A stretch of DNA of 64,000 nt from Nemertoderma westbladi (taxonomy: Eukaryota > Animalia > Xenacoelomorpha): the NCBI GenBank assembly GCA_032718475.1, contig JAUCBJ010008747.1:1-64000 (forward strand), read 5' to 3'. Positions 1 through 10,893 of this stretch are shown piece by piece. Position numbers and translations under genes: made by a program. Below the pieces are notes generated by a model that made no database searches, had not been told where the DNA came from, and worked only from the letters and a program-made list of their open reading frames with translations. Position 1 is the stretch's first letter. The number at the start of each line of letters is the position of its first letter.

Positions 1-2
1 TG

Positions 3-807
3 ATGATCGCACGCTCCAAGTATTAGCCCTACCCAAAAAACCATATGTTAAATTAATCCCCAACCATCTCTATACTAGATACTGTAGTTTTATGTTTGAA
101 GTAATGCATAATCCCTCGTGCTTGCCATGCCATGCCTAAAACTACGACCTTGTTTGAAATGTTAAGGTGGATTTTTCTATATAAATAAAAATCACGTAAA
201 GTTAAATCTTAATTGTTTTTACTGTCTTAGTAAAACTTCTTAATATTCCTAGTAAAATCTTATTCTTATTCTTATTCTACAACACGTTATTCTTAAATAT
301 AGAAACTAACAATGGAGATGACATATCAAATATGTCCTTACAACCCTTCCCACAGAGTGGCCAATGCTCAAATGCTTAGGCATCTAATAAAATGTAGAAA
401 GCCGGGGGTGGAGTTTGTCAAAGAGTGCCCCAACAATCCAGTGCACAGTTTTCCAAAAGAAGAAAAGGAGTTTCACATAAAGAATTGTCATTATAGGAAT
501 GGGTTACCACATGTTGGTAAGCTCATGAGTTTAGAAAACGATTTGGTTTAAAGAATCAATATGGAGAGAATGAGGGAAAAGTACAACAAGAACAAGATCA
601 ATGCGAATGGCCGACAGAATGGAGAGAAGAAGCTTGGGATTGAGACTGATGGACTAGGTTTGGTTTAGTTTAGTTTAGTTTGTTTTGTTTTGGTTTGGTA
701 TAGTACTATAAAAATATTATTATTAAAATCTTTATTAATTAATGCAATTTATTGTATTTTTGGGAGCAATAGAGCTAATGCGAGCTATAGGGACAATGGG
801 AAGGACA
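3..807 (+). repeat. Left arm of ~800 bp inverted duplication (partner 11594-12378)
   Basis: atgatcgcacgctccaag at 3 is the reverse complement of 12361-12378. Identity continues through the CHHC ORF to gggaaggaca (~807), matching 11594-11603. Confidence 0.95.
312..643 (+). pseudogene. GTSF1/Asterix-like double CHHC (U11-48K-type) zinc finger gene, frameshifted copy
   Basis: Two CHHC fingers: CPYNPSHRV..RHLIKC and CPNNPVH..FHIKNC. A 1-nt deletion near 510 relative to the other copy shifts off the tail ..QCEWPTEWREEAWD* (TGA 641-643). Confidence 0.75.
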
Positions 808-830
808 GACATATTTGATATGTTGTCTCC

Positions 831-2060
831 ATTAAATTAATCCTCAACCATTTCTATACTAGATACTGTAGTTTTATGTACCATATGACCATTGTCAAAT
901 CGCCTGAGAAATGACAATAAACATCTGGTTTGCAATAGATTGACTTCTTTCACATTGTACTTTATGAAGCAGCCTGCGCATATGTTAAATTAATCCCCAA
1001 CCATCTCTATACTAGATTCTGTAGTTTTTTGTAATGCATAACCCCCCCCCCCCCCCCCCCCCTCCCCACGTATGCAATGCCTAAAATATTTCTTCAGATA
1101 CTATAGTTTAACATTAATTAACATACCCCATCTAACGCAGTAGCCCATTATATGCAATTTTCTCCGGCACACTCCCTGCTTCTCAAATCACACCCCATTT
1201 CCCATCATAACTAATGTTTTACATTTAATTAACCCAATGAAATGTATTTATTATTCCCCCAATCCAATAGCACGTCTCTCTCTCTTTTTTTATTTCTATT
1301 GGTTCCCCCAAGCTTCACTTTTATTTTCATTGGTTACCCTTTCCCTTATAAACCCCCAACCATCGCTTTGAACTTTACGTACAAAAATATTATCGACTTG
1401 CTTTTGATGATCTTACTTTTTATTTAAAGTTATAATACATTTATTGTTATTCATAATATATTGTTATACATAATACATTAATTGTTATACATAATATATT
1501 GTTATATAAAACATTTATAACATCAATGTGATTTGATTTTCCTTCTTATTATTCCCAATCAAGCAATTTTCTTTTCCAATACCACGAATCAATCTGCAGG
1601 TAAGAACAATAAATTTGTATTTTTTGTGCATTCGTTTAGTTTTAACATTATTGCCTCAAAATTAAATCAACCCTGCGAAACCATCCCAAACTTATTATTA
1701 TTATTATTTTTTAGTTTTTTTTATTTTATAGCAAACATGCCTAGATCATCAATATTCGTTGACTGTCCTGTCTGCAATAAGAACATGCGTAGTGATAGTC
1801 TCAACAAACATCTCGGAACTCATTTTAAACAATATTCATGCGATTGTTGTAACACCTGGATACCTTCTTTCACATTGTACAGTAATGTATGAAGCAGCCT
1901 GCGCATATGTTAAATTAATCCTCAACCATTTCTATACTAGATACTGTAGTTTTATGTACCATACCACCATTGTCAAATCGCCTGAGAAAATTACAATAAA
2001 CATCTGGTTTGCAATAGATTGACTTCTTTCACATTGTACTGTATGAAGCAGCCTGTGCGC
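831..2060 (+). repeat. Dispersed copies of a ~150-170 bp module
   Basis: The aaattaatcc(c/t)caaccat(c/t)tctatactagat..tgtagttt block occurs at ~50, 834, 988 and 1912, and inverted at ~12290-12338. The accattgtcaaatcgcctgag..gaagcagcctg block occurs at ~888 and 1966, and inverted at 12380-12473. Confidence 0.8.
1737..1892 (+). pseudogene. Truncated N-terminus (C2H2 finger) of a Polinton pPolB-like ORF
   Basis: MPRSSIFVDCPVCNKNMRSDSLNKHLGTHFKQYSCDCCN aligns with MPMSSRIIVCPVCEIEMRSNNLSHHLQTHFKQYKCDNCN at the start of ORF 28477-29820. It is preceded by a plausible 5'UTR intron (GTAAG at 1600, pyrimidine tract-TAG at 1731). Confidence 0.7.
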
Positions 2061-2633
2061 CTAACCGCACATAATTAAATAAGGCCCTCTTTTAATACAT
2101 AAGTCCCACTTTTAATACATAAGTTATATACAGTTTATCTTCAATTTATTTAATTTGTTTTTATTTACAACCCTAATTGTTCTATTGTATTATAATTTAT
2201 GTTTTATTATAACAAGCTATATCCTGTTAATCTTTATTAATTTTATTTGTACTGAGGTTTTCGAGTGTGCTGTTTCCAATGGTCCTATTCTCAAAATGAT
2301 CTAACCTACTGTATAATTAATTACTTAAGTCTGCGAGGTATGCGTAATTAACAAATCTCATTTACCAGTTTTCCTTAAAAACTATGAAGCTATATTGCTT
2401 AAGAGTTCTGAGGGGCGAGCCATGAGGCAAGATGTTTGAGACTTATTTAGATATATTATTACTTAATTTTGACCCCCCAGTCGGTATATATTACAATATA
2501 GGCTATATCTTTTTGTGGAGTCACAGAGTAGTCTGAAGTTCCGAGTCTGCTGCTAGAGGGTGAAATGTCTCAAAGTGAAAACCATACAGTAGCTATGAAT
2601 TGGTTGCTAGGTAATAATACTACATTTTGTATT

Positions 2634-4183
2634 TGAGTGAGTGAGTGAGTGAGTGAGTGAGTGAGTGAGTGAGTGAGTGGGTGGGTTGGTGGATGGGTGG
2701 GTGAGTGAGTGAGTGAGTGAGTGAGTGAGTGAGTGAGTGAGTGAGTGAGTGAGTGAGTGAGTGAGTGAGTGAGTGAGTGAGTGAGTGAGTGAGTGAGTGA
2801 GTGAGTGAGTGAGTGAGTGAGTGAGTGAGTGAGTGAGTGAGTGAGTGAGTGAGTGAGTGAGTGAGTGAGTGAGTGAGTGAGTGAGTGAGTGAGTGAGTGA
2901 GTGAGTGAGTGAGTGAGTGAGTGAGTGAGTGAGTGAGTGAGTGAGTGAGTGAGTGAGTGAGTGAGTGAGTGAGTGAGTGAGTGAGTGAGTGAGTGAGTGA
3001 GTGAGTGAGTGAGTGAGTGAGTGAGTGAGTAGAGAGTAGTGAGTGAGTGAGTGAGTGAGTGAGTGAGTGAGTGAGTGAGTGAGTGAGTGAGTGAGTGAGT
3101 GAGTGAGTGAGTGAGTGAGTGAGTGAGTGAGTGAGTGAGTGAGTGAGTGAGTGAGTGAGTGAGTGAGTGAGTGAGTGAGTGAGTGAGTGAGTGAGTGAGT
3201 GAGTGAGTGAGTGAGTGAGTGAGTGAGTGAGTGAGTGAGTGAGTGAGTGAGTGAGTGAGTGAGTGAGTGAGTGAGTGAGTGAGTGAGTGAGTGAGTGAGT
3301 GAGTGAGTGAGTGAGTGAGTGAGTGAGTGAGTGAGTGAGTGAGTGAGTGAGTGAGTGAGTGAGTGAGTGAGTGAGTGAGTGAGTGAGTGAGTGAGTGAGT
3401 GAGTGAGTGAGTGAGTGAGTGAGTGAGTGAGTGAGTGAGTGAGTGAGTGAGTGAGTGAGTGAGTGAGTGAGTGAGTGAGTGAGTGAGTGAGTGAGTGAGT
3501 GAGTGAGTGAGTGAGTGAGTGAGTGAGTGAGTGAGTGAGTGAGTGAGTGAGTGAGTGAGTGAGTGAGTGAGTGAGTGAGTGAGTGAGTGAGTGAGTGAGT
3601 GAGTGAGTGAGTGAGTGAGTGAGTGAGTGAGTGAGTGAGTGAGTGAGTGAGTGAGTGAGTGAGTGAGTGAGTGAGTGAGTGAGTGAGTGAGTGAGTGAGT
3701 GAGTGAGTGAGTGAGTGAGTGAGTGAGTGAGTGAGTGAGTGAGTGAGTGAGTGAGTGAGTGAGTGAGTGAGTGAGTGAGTGAGTGAGTGAGTGAGTGAGT
3801 GAGTGAGTGAGTGAGTGAGTGAGTGAGTGAGTGAGTGAGTGAGTGAGTGAGTGAGTGAGTGAGTGAGTGAGTGAGTGAGTGAGTGAGTGAGTGAGTGAGT
3901 GAGTGAGTGAGTGAGTGAGTGAGTGAGTGAGTGAGTGAGTGAGTGAGTGAGTGAGTGAGTGAGTGAGTGAGTGAGTGAGTGAGTGAGTGAGTGAGTGAGT
4001 GAGTGAGTGAGTGAGTGAGTGAGTGAGTGAGTGAGTGAGTGAGTGAGTGAGTGAGTGAGTGAGTGAGTGAGTGAGTGAGTGAGTGAGTGAGTGAGTGAGT
4101 GAGTGAGTGAGTGAGTGAGTGAGTGAGTGAGTGAGTGAGTGAGTGAGTGAGTGAGTGAGTGAGTGAGTGAGTGAGTGAGTGAG

Positions 4184-4184
<1 letters not shown>
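2634..4184. repeat. (GAGT)n / (ACTC)n microsatellite, ~1.55 kb
   Basis: Near-perfect tetranucleotide array with minor interruptions near 2680-2700 and 3030. Confidence 0.99.
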
Positions 4185-4223
<39 letters not shown>

Positions 4224-4505
4224 TATTGTCTTCACATTAACTGTTACATAACTAACATCGGTAATATGCACTAAACAAGATACAAAATGAGACGTACAAA
4301 TCAAAATATCTACCGTCACCCTCAAAATAAGACAGCACATTATCATACAAAAATATTACAGATGCTTATATAGACAACATTATAGCCGTGTGAGGACCAG
4401 ATGTAATACATAGTAGAGTAACATATATTTATATTCCCAACAAACACACAAACACACATAATACTAACTAAGTATATCAAACATTACATATATCGGGCTG
4501 TTTAC

Positions 4506-7500
4506 TCAATCGAATACATTATCTAATTTTGAGATAAATTTTGCTATTTTGGCTTGGTTATCCAGACAGAACATCTCAGTCATAGATAACCAAGACAGGG
4601 GGGCGCATTCTCGTCTTAACGTCCTTGTCATAGGACAATCTACAACTATATGGGCTTCGGTCTGAATCCCACCACATCCACAAACTCGGTCCTCGGGTTT
4701 AGCCCTCTTCCATCTCATCCGTTCTACTGGGAAGTTATGGCTACCCAGCCGAAAACGGGTCCAGGGGATGCGATGACGTTCGGGAACTGAGGGGTCACAA
4801 TAGAGCTGGGGGGAAGTTAAGTCCGGGTTCATTAGCTTGAACAGGTGGCGTTTCGTACTCGTTGAAAGTGAAACGTTTTTCTTGACGAGTCGGGAACCTT
4901 CGTCTATAACATTACGCTGTTCTGATTTCAAAGAATCTATTTTCGCGGACATCGATGTGTTACCATCTTTCGATATTTCTATTGCGACAGCAAGAGGGGA
5001 GTCTTCAATAACCTTGAATTTAGTAAGGAACTTTCGTTGTCTCTCACGTACCAACGATTTCAAGTCAGGGATTCCCGCTTCAATGAGACATATGTCTCCA
5101 CACGTGGTGGGTCTAACACCTAGCAAACTCCTTACCATTGACATATATAGAGCCTCGACGTCATTCAGATTAGCACCTAACCACGTTTCGCAACCATATG
5201 TTATTGCTGACACAACTGCTGCATTGAACACTTGTTTTTTAATCATAAACGGAATGTCCGGGTTTTTCATTAGAAATGAACTGTACTTAAGCCGATGGCA
5301 TTGTTTCGCAGATGCATGGAGGGATACTGCAGTTGATACTAAACCATCACTGGTGATTGGTGAGCCAAGATAAATATATGATGAAGTATGTTTTATGGTA
5401 TACTCTTCCAGAATGATATCTTCCCTGTCACTCAGAGTGCCGTTTATCACCATAAACATCGATTTCTTCTCGTTCAATGTCATACCAGAAGACTTGCAAA
5501 AATTAATTAGTATATCCAGCTTGGCCAAAGCGGCCAATCTATTTGTTGCAAGCACCGCTGTGTCATCCATTAGTAAAACAGAATGTAGCAACTTTAGCCA
5601 ACTATCGGGGGTGAGGGAACGTAGGGCACGGACAAATACATCTATTAGCAACGTAAACAAATATCCACTGGCAGGGGAACCTTGACGGAGCCCTTTATTA
5701 AATGATACTATAGCAGATCCAATCAGTGCATGTGTTCCTTTGTAAATTGATTGCAATGCACGGAGCATTCTGCCACCGCAACCTCTGTCAAGTAATATCT
5801 GGAACAAGTAATTTCTATTGACGTTATCGTATGCAGTTTTGAAATCTATGAATACCAAAAACAGGGTCTTATTAGTTTCTCTGGCATAGTTACACAGGAG
5901 GCGGAGTGCTAAGATCTGTTCTAAACAGCCTCTTCCTTTACATGAACCGGCTTGCTCAGGGAGAGGTCTCAACCAGGATTGTAGTCTGAAAGTAAGTATA
6001 GCGTCATAGAGCTTAGCTAGAGAATTTATAATACTTATACCGCGGTAATTCGAGCATATCAACTTATTTCCTTTCTTAAACACAGACACAAATCGCGTGT
6101 AACACCAGTTCAAAGGATATAGCCCCGAGGTAAACACACAGTTTAGTATAAAAACAATAGTTAAAAGCCATTGGACAGGTAAGGCTTTCAGGTAATCTGC
6201 AGAAATACCATCAGGGCCACAAGCTCTCCCGCGTCGCAGGTTGGATGCAGCGTTATAGACCTCGTTAATTGTTATGTCATCGTCAAGTAATGGTATATTT
6301 ATGTCTGAGACAATCTCCCGTTCAACAAATGTGTAGTCATTAAGTAGCTTTGAATAGTGTGCGGCAAACTCATCGTCAGTAGGAGTACCGGATTCTTGGT
6401 CAGATAAGACTTCTCCATTCCAGTCTATGGCTGCCCAAAGGCGTTTTGGGTCATTATTGGTTGCGAGACGCGCCCATCGACTCTTCGTTGATCCGAATCC
6501 TGCCGTCACTGGCTCCTGTGTTACATAATTCGAGGTATGTTTTGAGTTAGATATGTATTTGTAAATATTTAGTGAGAAATCACCGCACATTGCATCAATA
6601 TCAGACTGGGCCGTTTGTATAATGGGTTGGTAAATGGTAGCGGGGCGAGCCATGCAGTGAGCATAGCTCGGAGGAATAGCTAACTCTAACAACGACTTAA
6701 ACTTATCAAGTGAAGCGCAGTTGGGTTTAATTCCCTTAACACAATTCACTGTTGGGGGTCCAGATATTGCATCTGAGGCATTCAAAAGCTCATCGCCCAA
6801 ACATTTCGCTCGGTTGAGTAGTTGTGATGACGTTATATTTGTTGCAACAACAGTTACGCTGATCGGAGCATGGTCAGTGGGGAGTCGTAAATCTCTGTCC
6901 ACATTCATGCATTTAATAGCTGAGGGGACTTTAGATACCTCGTTAACCGGGGATACTAAATAATCTAGAGCAGAAACCCATTTATCTTTTATCCTAAACG
7001 TGAGACCACCCTGATAAAGGGATGAATGAGTTGATAAGCCGTTTAAAATTATACATCCAGTGTCATGACAAATGCGTTTGAAAATTTTCCCATGAGAGTT
7101 TATTGTCTGGTCGGGCCATGGTTGGTATTTCCAACCATTGTCCAAAGCAAATGCTGGGTCGGGTGTACCTATACGGCTGTTAAAGTCACCTCCTACAACA
7201 AAAACATCGTCACACAACAATTTACTTTGAACAGTACTAAACGAACATAAATCAAAATATTTCGATTCTTTTGGCGGGATGTAACATCCACCTATTTGTT
7301 TATTACTAACTGATGGGATAGTAACCCAGATTTGGTCTTCAATTGTTTTGTCAACCCGAACAATAAAATCTACCAGATGTGGCTTCACAAATAAGCTTAC
7401 GCCACCACGGTGTTGACGCCCTGTATGTCTTACACTACTACAAACAAAAGAAAAGCCAGGTATAGTAAAAGATAAGTTAGTTTTCACCTCAGACAAAAAT

Positions 7501-7619
7501 AGAATATCAAACTGTAAAAAGTACCTTACTGTATATAAATCGTCAAACTTGTTTTTTATACCAGCAATATTACACCATACAATCTTTAGTTCTCCATCAC
7601 ACGGCCCAGTTAAAAATCC
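4506..7619 (-). CDS. LINE ORF2: apurinic-like endonuclease + reverse transcriptase + C-terminal Cys/His motif
   Basis: Endonuclease motifs WCNIAG (upstream of the called start), LSE, GGV, GDFN and TDH. RT motifs GPDG, YRGIS, FIDFKTAYD, GLRQG, LMDD and YLG. C-terminal CGCGGIQTEAHIVVDCP. The frame is stop-free from 7619 to 4506. Confidence 0.93.
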   Translation of the reverse strand, partial: GFLTGPCDGELKIVWCNIAGIKNKFDDLYTVRYFLQFDILFLSEVKTNLSFTIPGFSFVCSSVRHTGRQHRGGVSLFVKPHLVDFIVRVDKTIEDQIWVTIPSVSNKQIGGCYIPPKESKYFDLCSFSTVQSKLLCDDVFVVGGDFNSRIGTPDPAFALDNGWKYQPWPDQTINSHGKIFKRICHDTGCIILNGLSTHSSLYQGGLTFRIKDKWVSALDYLVSPVNEVSKVPSAIKCMNVDRDLRLPTDHAPISVTVVATNITSSQLLNRAKCLGDELLNASDAISGPPTVNCVKGIKPNCASLDKFKSLLELAIPPSYAHCMARPATIYQPIIQTAQSDIDAMCGDFSLNIYKYISNSKHTSNYVTQEPVTAGFGSTKSRWARLATNNDPKRLWAAIDWNGEVLSDQESGTPTDDEFAAHYSKLLNDYTFVEREIVSDINIPLLDDDITINEVYNAASNLRRGRACGPDGISADYLKALPVQWLLTIVFILNCVFTSGLYPLNWCYTRFVSVFKKGNKLICSNYRGISIINSLAKLYDAILTFRLQSWLRPLPEQAGSCKGRGCLEQILALRLLCNYARETNKTLFLVFIDFKTAYDNVNRNYLFQILLDRGCGGRMLRALQSIYKGTHALIGSAIVSFNKGLRQGSPASGYLFTLLIDVFVRALRSLTPDSWLKLLHSVLLMDDTAVLATNRLAALAKLDILINFCKSSGMTLNEKKSMFMVINGTLSDREDIILEEYTIKHTSSYIYLGSPITSDGLVSTAVSLHASAKQCHRLKYSSFLMKNPDIPFMIKKQVFNAAVVSAITYGCETWLGANLNDVEALYMSMVRSLLGVRPTTCGDICLIEAGIPDLKSLVRERQRKFLTKFKVIEDSPLAVAIEISKDGNTSMSAKIDSLKSEQRNVIDEGSRLVKKNVSLSTSTKRHLFKLMNPDLTSPQLYCDPSVPERHRIPWTRFRLGSHNFPVERMRWKRAKPEDRVCGCGGIQTEAHIVVDCPMTRTLRRECAPLSWLSMTEMFCLDNQAKIAKFISKLDNVFD

Positions 7620-8327
7620 TTACCCACTGCTTTATAAATAACGTCATCTCCTCTCTTGACGCTCTTGGCCTTCCAGTCAATATATACCACCTCACCCGCG
7701 TTTATTGGTTTATTCTTTTCTTCAATGAGGACCTGTATGAGTTTTTTCCGTTCAGCTTGGATCTTTGGGCTCACGTCTTTCTTAACATATATTCCTTTAT
7801 ATTTAGAGCTTTCAGATGAGAGATTCTTCGCACCCGTTATGGCGATATCCCTTTCATAGTCAGAAAGAAAGCGGATCAAAATCGGACGGGGCCGGGTCGT
7901 ATTCCCTGTCTGCTCGTTGGGGTTAAACCTTCCGAGACGCCTCAGAGAGTACTTAGCGTCGCTTGGTAAACCTGTTACTTGTAGTATCTCTGAACAAACG
8001 ATTTTTGTGTCAGCTAATTCGCCCTCTTTGACGCCGCGTATTATAATGTTCCTAGACCTGCTTTCGGCATCGAAATACTCCAATTGGCGTTGGTGGATAG
8101 CTAGTGTTTTCTTACAGTCTTCCATCTCCGATTTTAAGGTAACATTGCTTCTCTGCTCCGCTGCCAACTTGTCTTTAAGAACAGACACTTCCGTTCTTAG
8201 GGCTCCCAACTCCTCGATCTGTTTTCGCACTAATGATATATCGCTCTTCATGTCAATCATTTCGGATCTTATAGCATCTCGAATTATCTCCGCTAAGTCG
8301 CTGCCATTTGGTTGGCTCGGTGTGTTC
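7610..8327 (-). CDS. LINE ORF1 (coiled coil + RRM-like), N-terminally truncated by the microsatellite
   Basis: Heptad-rich segment, then RSRNIIIRGVKE, RRLGR, RPRPILIRF and IYVKKD..ER motifs typical of LINE ORF1. The THSL repeats in the called ORF are translated microsatellite. Confidence 0.85.
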
Positions 8328-9174
8328 GTGAGTGAGTGAGTGAGTGAGTGAGTGAGTGAGTGAGTGAGTGAGTGAGTGAGTGAGTGAGTGAGTGAGTGAG
8401 TGAGTGAGTGAGTGAGTGAGTGAGTGAGTGAGTGAGTGAGTGAGTGAGTGAGTGAGTGAGTGAGTGAGTGAGTGAGTGAGTGAGTGAGTGAGTGAGTGAG
8501 TGAGTGAGTGAGTGAGTGAGTGAGTGAGTGAGTGAGTGAGTGAGTGAGTGAGTGAGTGAGTGAGTGAGTGAGTGAGTGAGTGAGTGAGTGAGTGAGTGAG
8601 TGAGTGAGTGAGTGAGTGAGTGAGTGAGTGAGTGAGTGAGTGAGTGAGTGAGTGAGTGAGTGAGTGAGTGAGTGAGTGAGTGAGTGAGTGAGTGAGTGAG
8701 TGAGTGAGTGAGTGAGTGAGTGAGTGAGTGAGTGAGTGAGTGAGTGAGTGAGTGAGTGAGTGAGTGAGTGAGTGAGTGAGTGAGTGAGTGAGTGAGTGAG
8801 TGAGTGAGTGAGTGAGTGAGTGAGTGAGTGAGTGAGTGAGTGAGTGAGTGAGTGAGTGAGTGAGTGAGTGAGTGAGTGAGTGAGTGAGTGAGTGAGTGAG
8901 TGAGTGAGTGAGTGAGTGAGTGAGTGAGTGAGTGAGTGAGTGAGTGAGTGAGTGAGTGAGTGAGTGAGTGAGTGAGTGAGTGAGTGAGTGAGTGAGTGAG
9001 TGAGTGAGTGAGTGAGTGAGTGAGTGAGTGAGTGAGTGAGTGAGTGAGTGAGTGAGTGAGTGAGTGAGTGAGTGAGTGAGTGAGTGAGTGAGTGAGTGAG
9101 TGAGTGAGTGAGTGAGTGAGTGAGTGAGTGAGTGAGTGAGTGAGTGAGTGAGTGAGTGAGTGAGTGAGTGAGTG
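8328..9174. repeat. (GAGT)n microsatellite, ~850 bp
   Basis: Perfect tetranucleotide array in the same orientation as 2634-4184. Confidence 0.99.
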
Positions 9175-9490
9175 GAGCAGTGGGGGAGTGAGGCACTGAG
9201 ACACAGACTATGCCTCAGCTTCAGCCTTAACCTCAGCCTCACCCTCAACCACTTCACCAGCACACCACTTCACCAGCACACCACTTCTCCCCACAGGAGA
9301 ATATTTGTTTATCTGTTGTCAAAATCTGTTTTGCCTGTCTTGTTAACTAATTTGATGTTTTGGTTACTCATTCATTATGCATTTAAAATAGGATCAAGTT
9401 GACTTTATTTGTCTAATTAAACATATTATTATGAAATTACATAATTAAAAACGACTAAATATAATAAATATTTCAAACAATCAGTTATAA

Positions 9491-10243
9491 TTAATGTCTC
9501 GCATTAACTGTACGACTGTTCATACGCCGAGGTCGATATACAACAGTTACTGGAGATATAACTTTTCCATTCCTTACTCTGATTTTCTGTCCATTTTCAT
9601 TGTCATTCTCATCTGATTCTTCCTCACTGTCATCGCTACTCTCCTCTGCTTCTTCTACACTACCATCATTACTCTCATCCGATTCATCCTCATCACTCTC
9701 ATTTCCATCATTATCACTCTCTTTATGCGAATGTTTCTACATTTCATTCAATTGTCTAATTATTTTCTGAAATTTATTTTTATTTCCTAATACATGTCTT
9801 AATATCTCCTCATTATCTGAGTCATTCTCCTCCCCACTTTCATGTTCCTCGACTTCTTTCTCGCTCTCATTTTCTTCATCACCACTCTCATTTTCTTCTT
9901 TCTCTATCTCACTCTCTGTTTCATCATTCTCAACCTTTTCACTTTCCTCTGATTTATCATCTTCCTCACTCTCATTATCCTTTTCACTAGGTGGCTGTTT
10001 CTGTATATTTTTCAAAATATTCATGATTTTCTCGAATTTATGTTTCATCATTTGTTTAATCTCTAGAAAGTCACTCTCAACTCTCTTTTTGTTCTCTTCT
10101 TCACTAAAAATATCATCATTATTTTTTAATTTCTTTGGAGAAGGTTCCATTACACCTTCCTTTCTATGTATACTCATATGGCGGGATATATTGTCTCGTT
10201 TCATTTCTTTATCACAAACCATGCATTTTTCATAACTAGGCAT
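9491..10243 (-). pseudogene. C2H2 zinc finger + NLS + long acidic tracts protein (Polinton-associated type), one in-frame stop
   Basis: CMVCDKEMKRDNISRHMSIH, PSPKKLK and D/E-rich runs. The frame continues past TAG 9737-9739 with another acidic tract to TAA at 9491. Confidence 0.65.
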
Positions 10244-10893
10244 TTTATGAAAGAAAACTGTGTTATGTTTTTAAATGTCTACAGCTATATTTTTTCAAAA
10301 TTTTCAGTTTGTTTAGCTAGGGATTCACTTACAAATATAAATCTCAGTAAATATATATCAGAAGATGGAACATTATTAATAGAGTTCAAATTTAATGTTT
10401 AAAGATTAATGTTAATAATTGAAATTTATATATGGGATAATAATTGAAATTTATATATGGGAGGCTATCGCTTATTAAGTGAGGTTTGTGTATGGTATAG
10501 TGTGGCATAAAGTTAGGCATACAAGACAAGAGGCTTGCCTCACCCCCCTATTAGGGAGTGAGGTGCGGTACAAAGTTAGACCTTGATGCCAGGGTCTATA
10601 GGCCAGAGTGTGGTGTTGTATGACATAGTGAGGCATTGTAGCTAACAGTGAGGTATGTCTTACTGCTTCATATAAGCCATGAAGTGAGGTGAGTGAGTCA
10701 TTAATTGAGGTCTATTGGGAGTGTGGCTAGCAGAGTAAAGCTCTGTTAAATCAGATGAAACCGGTTTACCTTATCATGTGATGGTCATTAAGGAATATTG
10801 CTGTTTGAGTTAGACTCGTTAAGACATGAAACAGGTAAGTCTTGGCGAGTGAGACCTCATAAATAACTACATATGCCTCACAATAATAGAGCT

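Larger units (their letters stand above)
4185..8327 (-). mobile_element. APE-type non-LTR retrotransposon (LINE), 5'-truncated within ORF1, with (AATC)9 3' tail; possibly Proto2/RTEX-like
   Basis: ORF1 plus ORF2 (endonuclease-RT), a ~280 bp 3'UTR, AATAAA on the minus strand at 4222-4227 and a (GATT)9 tail at 4185-4220. The clade call is tentative, based on the atypical LMDD RT motif. Confidence 0.92.

Noticed and set aside
2607-4346. 579 aa THSL-repeat ORF
   Set aside because: Translation of the (ACTC)n microsatellite, which has no stops on that strand.
4837-8339. Plus-strand ORFs overlapping the LINE
   Set aside because: Antisense shadows of ORF1/ORF2 with no recognisable motifs.
8253-9263. 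336 aa and 303 aa THSL ORFs, and the THSL N-terminus of ORF1
   Set aside because: Microsatellite artefacts, open in all three frames.
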